From: Candidatus Bathyarchaeota archaeon
Lineage (GTDB): Archaea > Thermoproteota > Bathyarchaeia > TCS64
Assembly: GCA_963780545.1 (NCBI GenBank)
Contig: CAWACK010000008.1
Span: forward strand, 62,152 to 126,151
Length of the DNA: 64,000 nt
Reading direction: 5' to 3'
Numbering within the stretch: position 1 is the stretch's first letter; each line of letters begins with the position of its first letter. The position numbers and the translations under genes are program-made. This document shows positions 57,298 to 64,000 of this stretch, piece after piece. The notes under the pieces were generated by a model. It worked only from the letters and a program-made list of their open reading frames with translations, searched no databases and was not told where the DNA came from.

Positions 57298-57359
57298 GAG
57301 ATGTTTCCCCTTGATAGGGTCCTGAATTGGCTGCTCTAAAAAAAGGTAGCGATTAGTTG

Positions 57360-57623
57360 CTACTTAACACGGGCCTCGTTGATGTATGCGAGGAGGTCTT
57401 GGGCATCGAATGGCCAACCGGTGAGCTTGATGATGCCGTTTACTGCTACGGCGGGCACAGCCATGAGGTTTAGGGACATCCCCCTCTTGATCCCTTCCTC
57501 TGTGAACGTGTCCACTTCGATTAACTCGATGTCTGTAAGTCCCTCGATAACCTTGTATACAAGCCGTTTCGCGGCAGGGCAGTAAGGACAGATCGGATTA
57601 TGGAAGTACTCCAGTTTGATCAC
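57360..57623 (-). CDS. Glutaredoxin-like thioredoxin-fold protein
   Basis: 87 aa with a CPYC redox motif. Lies 2 nt downstream of the TrxR-like gene. Confidence 0.75.
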   Translation of the reverse strand: MIKLEYFHNPICPYCPAAKRLVYKVIEGLTDIELIEVDTFTEEGIKRGMSLNLMAVPAVAVNGIIKLTGWPFDAQDLLAYINEARVK

Positions 57624-57625
57624 TT

Positions 57626-58541
57626 TTACACCTTCTGTTTAATGTACTTCATCGCAGAGAGGGCAGCCTTTGCTCCGTCCCCAGCTGCTGTAACAACCTG
57701 CCATCCAATGCAACTGCAGTCTCCTGCTGCGTAGATACCTTGTATGTTCGTTTGCTGATTTCTGTCAGTGAGGATGCATCCACCCTCGTCAGCGTCAACG
57801 CCGGCTTCGACGAGGATGTTGGAGGTAGAGATGTGCTCAAGGAGGATGAAGACACCTTCGACATTAATCCGCTCTACTTCTCCGCCGGAGAGCCTTAGGT
57901 GGGTTACGAACTCACCTCCACTTATCTCTACCACGTCGCAGCCTTCAATTACTTCAACTTTGGGGTTGCTCCTGAGCTGCGTGAGTTCGGGAATGTTCTC
58001 GCTGTAACCTTTCGAGCCGGGTATGGCGTAGACTTTGGAGGCTGATATCAGCGAGATGAAGGGTATCCAACACGGCCTCGTGGCCTGAGCCCACGACGGC
58101 TACGACCTTACCATTAAAGAATGGGCCGTCACAGATTGCACAGTAGCTGACTCCCCTCCCCTTGAACTCCATCTCGCCCGAGATATTCAGCTGCTTCCTT
58201 TGCACGCCTGTGGCTATTATCACCGTCTTCCCCTGATGGTATCCACCGCGAGTTGAGATGATCTTGTAAACACCAGCATCTGCCAAACCAATGACTGTCT
58301 CGTGTTTGAACTCGACGCCAAACCTATTAGCCTGCTTATGGAAAAGTTCCATTAACTCTATGCCACTGAGTCCTTGTGGAAAACCAGGGAAGTTCTCGAT
58401 TCTATGTGCCTCGAGAGCCCGTCCACCAATCTTCCCGCCGTGAAGGATTAGAGTGCTGTGACCTTGCCGTGCTGTGTAGATACCTGCAGTCAACCCGGCC
58501 GGACCGGCGCCAATAATGATGACGTCCCAGATCTTCTCCAT
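57626..58541 (-). pseudogene. Thioredoxin reductase-like flavoprotein, frameshifted
   Basis: [10 protein letters not shown] and the CAIC redox pair lie in ORF 57954-58541. The C-terminal half ([10 protein letters not shown]...IYAAGDC) lies in the frame of ORF 57626-57934. Junction near 58029-58045. Confidence 0.75.
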
Positions 58542-58595
58542 CTAGACGCGCCATAGAAACTGCTGTAAGGTAGAAGAAAAAGGGTTTGTTGGCTC

Positions 58596-60989
58596 TTACG
58601 TCTCGCTATAATTTTTAATTGTCTCAGCCATCTCGACAAGGCGACTTTGGACCAAGAAATTGATCGTGCCCTCAGGGTATTTGCCGACATTATCCTTGAC
58701 CCCCGCAGGTACGCCAGTGAGGACCTCTATGCCCTCATCTATGGTAGTAACGGGGTAGATATGGAACATCCCATTCTTAATAGCGTCGACGATCTCCTGT
58801 TTTAGCATCAGGTGTTTAACATTGCTCGCTGGAATCACGACTCCATGTTTACCATCTAGACCTCTAGCCTTGCAGAGCTGGAAGTAGCCTTCAAGCTTCT
58901 CGTTGACGCCGCCGATGGCTTGAACCTCACCCTTCTGATTTACTGAGCCTGTGACTGCGAAATGTTGAATTATTGGTTTACCGGATAGGGCACTGAGTAT
59001 ACCGTAAAGCTCAGTGCTAGAGGCTGAGTCCCCCTCAACGCCACTGTAGCTCTGCTCGAAAACGAGGCGTGCCGTCAGGCTCAGTGGGTTCTGCTGGGAG
59101 AATCTGTCATGCAGGAAACCGCTTAGGATCTGAACCCCCTTCGTGTGTATTGGTCCACCCATCTGAGCCTCGCGTTCAATGTCAATAATCCCCCTCTTAC
59201 CTACTCCTACACTTACCGTGATCCTGCTTGGTTTACCGAAACTGAAGTCACCGAGGCTTAGGACACTTAGTCCGTTGATCTGTCCCACCTTCTCTCCAGT
59301 GGTGTCAACTAGGATCGTCCCCTCCTCTATCATTTTCTCCATTTTTTGCTCGATGAGGTTACTTCTGTATACCCTCTCCTCGAGTGCAGTTTCAACGTGC
59401 TTTGCTGTTGTGAACTCGGAGCCATCCTCGTCTGCGTAATGGGCTGCCTCTTTAATGATGTCGGCGATCTGAGCGAACCATGTTGAAAGTTTTTCCTGAT
59501 CTTCAGCAAGACGCGAACTGTATTCGACTATCGCTGCGATCCCGGAGACATCGATGTGTTTTAGGTTCTCCTTTGTGCACAAGGTGCACATGAAGGAGGC
59601 ATACATCTTGATGTTCTCCTCATTTCTCTCCATCGTTGTGTCGAAGTCCGCCTTGACCTTGAACACCTCCTTGAAGTCGTGGTCCAACTGATAGAGGGCG
59701 TAGTAAATGTCGGGGCTCCCAACGAGGATGACCTTGACATCAAAGGGTATTGGCTCGGGTGTCAATGTCTTCGTCGCCATATAGCCGAGCCGCTGGGCAA
59801 TGTCCTCAACTGTTAGCTTCTTGCTGATTATCGTTTTCTTCAGGCTGTCATATGCTACTGGGTCCATCAGCAGATCCTCTACGGGTATAACTATGAATCC
59901 GCCGTTGGCCTTGTGAACGGAGCCTGCTCGGATCATCGTATAATCCGTCAATAGTGCGCCGAATCTAGCCTCCTTCTGGACAAGACCGAAGAGGTGTGGC
60001 TGCGTTGGGCTCATCTCGGTGATAACTGGTGCACCTTTTAGCTCCGAGTTGTCGACAATCAGATTGACCTTGTAACTGCTCGTAGGATCCTCAGCTGCAC
60101 CTGGCATTAGAAATGGAAGTGCCGGCTGTTGTTGAGGCTGCCCAGATGTCAGAATCGTATCGAGATTATCGAGGATGTCGTTTTTTACACTATTAAGGAA
60201 CTCCTTAACCTCATCGATGGTCCCATACTTCTCGAGGAGGGCCTCGAGTAGGTGGTCCATCGCGAAGGTGGCAACCTCCTTGTTGAACTTCTCTATAGCA
60301 TCCTCAGCGCTCTTATCGAGGTCACGGAACTGGCGGAATGCGCTCCTGAAGTCATCCTGCAGGCTCTCACGACGTGTCCTAATCTGATCCCTAATCTTCG
60401 GGGGGAGAGTGGCGAATTGTTCGTCGGCAATGGGCTGACCATTGATTACTGGGGTTATGGCTATTCCGATAGGGCTCCTCTGAAGGATGAAGCCCGCCTC
60501 ATTTGCCTTCTTATTTATCTCCTGCCAGAGCTGAGTTTTCTCTTCGTCGAACTTCTTAACGGTGCTTGCCCTCTTCTGGGCATAGTCCTCGCTCTCGAAG
60601 GCCTTCTGAAGCTCCTTCTTCACGTCGTCTGTGAACTTGTCCATGTCGTCGCTGAATGCCTTGCCCTTGCCAGCCGGTAACTTCAATGCATTTGGTCGGT
60701 TTGGGTCCTTGAAATTGTTGACATAGCACCAGTCTGGAGGCACCGGCATCTCCTTAGCCTTCTCCTGGAGGAAGCTCACAATCGCTGTCTTTCTACCCGT
60801 TCCGGACATGCCCGAGACGTAGATGTTGAAGCCACCATCCTTCATCTTCAGGCCAAACTGGAGGGCCTTGACAGCGCGATCTTGTCCGATAATCTGCTGA
60901 AGCGGCTCTAGCTCAGCAGTGGAAGCGCAGTCATGTATCTCTGATGTACATCTCTTCCTTGCCTTATCGTAGCTAAGTTCGACAACCAT
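58596..60989 (-). CDS. Soluble Lon-like protease (COG1067/LonC-like)
   Basis: 797 aa with Ser-Lys dyad motifs GDSASS and GGVNEKLEG and an atypical Walker A GMSGTGRKT. A long helical insertion separates Walker A from the FIVIPVED segment. No TM segments seen. Confidence 0.75.
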   Translation of the reverse strand: MVVELSYDKARKRCTSEIHDCASTAELEPLQQIIGQDRAVKALQFGLKMKDGGFNIYVSGMSGTGRKTAIVSFLQEKAKEMPVPPDWCYVNNFKDPNRPNALKLPAGKGKAFSDDMDKFTDDVKKELQKAFESEDYAQKRASTVKKFDEEKTQLWQEINKKANEAGFILQRSPIGIAITPVINGQPIADEQFATLPPKIRDQIRTRRESLQDDFRSAFRQFRDLDKSAEDAIEKFNKEVATFAMDHLLEALLEKYGTIDEVKEFLNSVKNDILDNLDTILTSGQPQQQPALPFLMPGAAEDPTSSYKVNLIVDNSELKGAPVITEMSPTQPHLFGLVQKEARFGALLTDYTMIRAGSVHKANGGFIVIPVEDLLMDPVAYDSLKKTIISKKLTVEDIAQRLGYMATKTLTPEPIPFDVKVILVGSPDIYYALYQLDHDFKEVFKVKADFDTTMERNEENIKMYASFMCTLCTKENLKHIDVSGIAAIVEYSSRLAEDQEKLSTWFAQIADIIKEAAHYADEDGSEFTTAKHVETALEERVYRSNLIEQKMEKMIEEGTILVDTTGEKVGQINGLSVLSLGDFSFGKPSRITVSVGVGKRGIIDIEREAQMGGPIHTKGVQILSGFLHDRFSQQNPLSLTARLVFEQSYSGVEGDSASSTELYGILSALSGKPIIQHFAVTGSVNQKGEVQAIGGVNEKLEGYFQLCKARGLDGKHGVVIPASNVKHLMLKQEIVDAIKNGMFHIYPVTTIDEGIEVLTGVPAGVKDNVGKYPEGTINFLVQSRLVEMAETIKNYSET

Positions 60990-61047
60990 TCACATTCGCC
61001 TTTTGATCAAGGGATCAGTAAGCTTAGTATATAAACTCGGCTCAGAT

Positions 61048-61503
61048 TCATGTGAGCCTCATGATAAGCTCTTTGAAGGTGAGGCCTTCGCCTGTTTTCA
61101 AGGTGTAATCGCCTGGCCTCTCTGCTATTCTGAAGCACCACCCCTTGTACTTGAATTTTCCAGCCAGGACCGCATATCTCCTTGGGTAGATCTTATGGAT
61201 TTCTAGGAAGGCGTTCAGTTTCGCCACCTGATCCGCTTTATAGTAGGAATACTTAACCTGGCTCTTAACTTCGAAAGCGACGATGCTGCTATTCTTAACG
61301 GCGAATACGTCAGGAAGCGGTTCCGTACTCGGTGCGCTGACAGGTACCCTGACGGAGTCGAAGCCTTGCTCCCTCATCATCTGGACTAGCTCCCGCTCAG
61401 CATCATACCCCCGCTTCTTCATCGCCCTGACCTGCTTTCCGGTCAAGGTCCGTGTAAAACGTTCACGTCTCTTTTTAGGGTTCGCGATGTCCCTCAGAGA
61501 CAA
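61048..61503 (-). CDS. hjc: Holliday junction resolvase Hjc
   Basis: 151 aa: GYDAERELVQMMREQGFDSVRVP...PDVFAV...AFEVK, typical of Hjc. Confidence 0.8.
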   Translation of the reverse strand: MSLRDIANPKKRRERFTRTLTGKQVRAMKKRGYDAERELVQMMREQGFDSVRVPVSAPSTEPLPDVFAVKNSSIVAFEVKSQVKYSYYKADQVAKLNAFLEIHKIYPRRYAVLAGKFKYKGWCFRIAERPGDYTLKTGEGLTFKELIMRLT

Positions 61504-61506
61504 AGG

Positions 61507-61836
61507 CTACTCCTCGGTTTCGTTCTCCTCTGGCAGGGGTAGTTGTCCGTTCTCCAAAGGCTCAAGCGCCAGCTTAAGGAGATCCCTCAGCCAACCAGAG
61601 AATGTCGTAGCGTTCGGATACTTTTGATACATCCTCTTATGGGGAACCTTGGCCACGAGCCTAAGTTCCACCATTTTATTGACGTAGAACTTTGCGCTCG
61701 AACGTGAAATGTCACAAATCCTCGCAAGGTCGCCGCTCGTAAAAACTGGTTCTAGGTTCTTGTATCCTAGAACTATTTTAGGAGGCATAGGTAACGCAGC
61801 CTCGAGAACCTCGATAAGCGACTCCTCCCTAGACAC
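61507..61836 (-). CDS. Winged-helix DNA-binding protein
   Basis: 109 aa, GTG start, with FTSGDLARICDISRSSAKFYVNKMVELRLV. Its stop lies 3 nt upstream of the hjc start. Confidence 0.55.
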   Translation of the reverse strand: MSREESLIEVLEAALPMPPKIVLGYKNLEPVFTSGDLARICDISRSSAKFYVNKMVELRLVAKVPHKRMYQKYPNATTFSGWLRDLLKLALEPLENGQLPLPEENETEE

Positions 61837-61842
61837 TCTAAA

Positions 61843-61848
61843 TCCTCC
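61843..61848 (-). promoter_or_regulatory. Shine-Dalgarno-like GGAGGA
   Basis: GGAGGA on the minus strand, 6 nt upstream of GTG 61836. Confidence 0.45.
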
Positions 61849-61982
61849 TGAACTAGAATGAATAACCCCGCCTTACTAATAAGTCACAAGGGTGGGCCTA
61901 ATCTTTAACTACGTTGACAAATGTCCTAAAAACCAGGAATTAGTGTAATATCGTCAAAATATTCCATTTTAGCCCTAAACCG

Positions 61983-61999
61983 TATAAATTAAATATATA
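61983..61999 (+). promoter_or_regulatory. TATA-box-like element (TATAAATTAAATATATA)
   Basis: AT-rich element centred about 25 nt upstream of ATG 62019. The spacing suggests a leaderless or near-leaderless transcript. Confidence 0.45.
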
Positions 62000-62018
62000 G
62001 CGCAACCATGTTTCATTT

Positions 62019-62624
62019 ATGACAATGAATTCACAGGATGGGACAAAATCGGTCGCGCGTCTCGTTAGAGAAGCGATACAGATGAGGCCAAGCATCCTCG
62101 ACGCCCTCAGGATGGGGATCGTGAATTACTCAGCCCTTGCCAGGTTGCTTCAAGGAGAGATCAATGAAGGGAGTATTGAGGCAGTCAAGGCAGCTGTGAT
62201 ACGTATCGCTGAGGACCTCTCGAATGAGCGTCAGCTACAAGAGGAGGAGGTCAGAAGTATACTCAAGGAGTCGAAGGTTAGGCTTCAGGATAAGATCGCA
62301 GTTCTAATCAGCCCCATTAAGATTGACGTACAGTACATCGTTACCGCCTACCTCACAGACAGTTATGTTTACATAGTTGACCAAACAAGTCTCGCCAAAG
62401 AGATCCCGGATCAAGTTCAGGTGATGAGCAACTTAGTAGCTTTAGTGCTTCTTAGCCCAAACCGGGTTGAAACCACCCCTGGCTTCGTAGCCTTCATAAC
62501 CCAACTTCTCGGTAGCCATGACATCAACATCATTGAGTTCATCAGTTGCTTTACCAACACCGTTATTGTACTCGACTCAAAAGACGCCTTAAAGGCCTTC
62601 AGTCTCCTCCAAAACTATACATAG
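62019..62624 (+). CDS. ACT-domain-containing putative amino-acid metabolism regulator (COG2150-like)
   Basis: 201 aa. The C-terminal ~70 aa has an ACT-like pattern (LVALVLLSPNRVETTPGFVAFITQLLGSHDINIIEF). Confidence 0.45.
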   Translation: MTMNSQDGTKSVARLVREAIQMRPSILDALRMGIVNYSALARLLQGEINEGSIEAVKAAVIRIAEDLSNERQLQEEEVRSILKESKVRLQDKIAVLISPIKIDVQYIVTAYLTDSYVYIVDQTSLAKEIPDQVQVMSNLVALVLLSPNRVETTPGFVAFITQLLGSHDINIIEFISCFTNTVIVLDSKDALKAFSLLQNYT

Positions 62625-62670
62625 CTTTAAAAAACTTACTCTGACTGTAAGAGAAGATTAATTTAACTAT

Positions 62671-62696
62671 AGAAGTGCTTCACTTCTTTTATTTTC
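62671..62696 (+). terminator. Hairpin (agaagtg/cacttct, 3-nt loop) followed by a T-rich tract
   Basis: Stem 62671-62677 / 62681-62687, then ttttattttcc. Starts 47 nt after the stop of 62019-62624. Confidence 0.45.
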
Positions 62697-62762
62697 CAAA
62701 TAGTCGTTAATGCTCAAAGATTAAAATAGTAAAGCTTTTAGTAGGAGTACCCCAACTCTTGG

Positions 62763-63077
62763 ATGAGAATGGCGGAGATTTGTCCCGTCTGCGGACTCCC
62801 GAAGGACCTTTGCGTCTGCGAGGAGATGAGCCGGGAGCAGCAGCGGATAAGAATACGGTTAGAAAACCGCAAATGGAGCAAGACCTGGACCATCATCGAT
62901 GGTATCGATTCTAAAGGGGACCAGCTCAGGAAGATAGCAACGCAGCTTAAGAATAAATGTGCCTGCGGTGGCACAGCCAAAGACGAACAGATAATGCTAA
63001 TGGGGGATCACCGTGATGTCGTCAAAGGTGTCTTAATAGAGCTCGGTTTTCCAGAGGAAAACATAGAGGTTCAATAG
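62763..63077 (+). CDS. Translation initiation factor aSUI1 (eIF1 family)
   Basis: 104 aa with N-terminal CPVCGLP...CVC and the SUI1 fold (RIRLENRKWSKTWTIIDGID...CACGGT). Confidence 0.9.
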   Translation: MRMAEICPVCGLPKDLCVCEEMSREQQRIRIRLENRKWSKTWTIIDGIDSKGDQLRKIATQLKNKCACGGTAKDEQIMLMGDHRDVVKGVLIELGFPEENIEVQ

Positions 63078-63078
63078 C

Positions 63079-63309
63079 ATGCCCCTCACAGAGGGGTTAA
63101 TGGATACCCTTAGACAGATAAGGTACAGACGACCGCAACCAGTTTTCTGCCCTAGGTGCGAGAGTAACGACATCCACCTTATACAAAATTTTGGAATACT
63201 ACCCGAGAAATACAGATGTCACTCCTGTGGATACGAGGGCGTGATAGTGCTAGAGCTCATTGAGGATAAGGAAACCGAAAACGTTTCCGATGAACGGAAA
63301 GTCCTTTAA
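63079..63309 (+). CDS. Small zinc-ribbon protein
   Basis: 76 aa with CPRC...CHSCG. Starts 1 nt after the aSUI1 stop. Confidence 0.55.
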   Translation: MPLTEGLMDTLRQIRYRRPQPVFCPRCESNDIHLIQNFGILPEKYRCHSCGYEGVIVLELIEDKETENVSDERKVL

Positions 63310-63341
63310 ATACCCACTGGATGAAAAACAGATTGGTCTAA

Positions 63342-64000
63342 ATGGCGGATCAAATCGATTATTATAAGGCAAAGTATCAGTCGATAGAAGACCTGCCATC
63401 GGTTGGACCAGCAACAGCGTTAAAACTCAGGGAGATCGGCTTCAAAACAGTTGAGTCAATTGCCATGGCGACTACTGCAGAACTCGTCGCCGCAGGCATA
63501 GGTGAGGAGAACGCAGCGAGGGTAATTGAGGCAGCCCGGAAGAGCATCGCCATCACCTTCGTTAGAGGGGATGAACTTGTAGAGATAAGAAAACAGATAA
63601 AGCAATTAACGACTGGCTGCCCGAGCCTCGACGCCCTCTTAAAGGGGGGTCTCGAGACCCAGAGTCTCACAGAGTTCTATGGCGAGTTTGGTACCGGCAA
63701 GAGCCAGATCTGCCATCAGCTTTGCGTAACAGTTCAGCTCCCTGAGCCACAAGGTGGGCTCAACGGCGGAGCACTATACATAGATACGGAGAATACTTTC
63801 CGACCGGAGAGAATACAACAAATTGCCAAGCGATTCGCCTTAGACTCTGACGAAGTGCTGAAGAAGATAATTTTCGCCGAGGCCTATACAAGTGACCACC
63901 AGATGGTTCTCCTTGATAACGCTGACGAGGTCATTAAGGAGAACAACATCCGCCTCATCATCGTTGACAGTCTTACCAGCCACTTCCGCAGCGAGTATCT
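63342..64000 (+). CDS. radA: DNA repair and recombination protein RadA, N-terminal part (runs off the window; absent from the ORF track)
   Basis: From ATG 63342: [34 protein letters not shown]... (HhH), Walker [10 protein letters not shown] and ...[14 protein letters not shown]. Confidence 0.95.
   Translation, partial: MADQIDYYKAKYQSIEDLPSVGPATALKLREIGFKTVESIAMATTAELVAAGIGEENAARVIEAARKSIAITFVRGDELVEIRKQIKQLTTGCPSLDALLKGGLETQSLTEFYGEFGTGKSQICHQLCVTVQLPEPQGGLNGGALYIDTENTFRPERIQQIAKRFALDSDEVLKKIIFAEAYTSDHQMVLLDNADEVIKENNIRLIIVDSLTSHFRSEY

Noticed and set aside
1-64000. Search for tRNA, rRNA, CRISPR arrays, tandem repeats, transposases/integrases and prophage or defence islands
   Set aside because: Scanning spacers and translations by eye on both strands found none: no T-loop GGTTCGAATC-type sequences, no regularly spaced direct repeats, and no DDE, tyrosine or serine recombinase motifs. 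Absence is not proven without tRNAscan, Rfam and HMM searches.

Overview
Archaeal chromosomal segment of roughly 50% GC. Hallmark genes are Orc1/Cdc6, RadA, Hjc, TiaS, proteasome alpha subunit, aSUI1, a family-X polymerase and an ATP-dependent ligase. About 70 protein-coding genes are tightly packed on both strands, often with GTG/TTG starts and 1-4 nt overlaps. Content falls into four groups. (i) An acyl-CoA module: thiolase + DUF35, a 3-hydroxyacyl-CoA dehydrogenase/enoyl-CoA hydratase fusion, and EtfBA. (ii) Many peptide and amino-acid scavenging hydrolases: four M20 peptidase paralogues, DppA, an FAH-family enzyme, amidohydrolases and a YbaK-like deacylase. (iii) Housekeeping, redox and repair genes: Nnr, enolase, a Lon-like protease, and a thioredoxin-reductase-like + glutaredoxin-like pair. 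(iv) Three visibly AT-rich islets carrying envelope genes: two coiled-coil, sequon-rich surface proteins and a pair of GT-C membrane glycosyltransferases. I saw no rRNA, tRNA, CRISPR array, transposase/integrase or prophage. The most striking property is the density of broken reading frames: at least 11 frameshifts and one in-frame amber codon interrupt about 11 recognisable genes. This is either assembly indel noise or real pseudogenisation and needs read-level checking. I did not find a compelling self-contained novel multi-gene system. The best follow-up candidates are: the AT-rich envelope islets (a GT39-like enzyme with a ~135-aa extracytoplasmic insertion, and an N-anchored coiled-coil protein whose transglutaminase-like domain has Ser at the nucleophile position); an SdpI-like/ABC-2 operon; a soluble Lon-like protease with an atypical Walker A; a TrxR-like gene lacking the NADPH HRR motif; and alternating (CG)n tracts concentrated in intergenic spacers. 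All calls come from reading translations and sequence by eye; no database search or computation was run.
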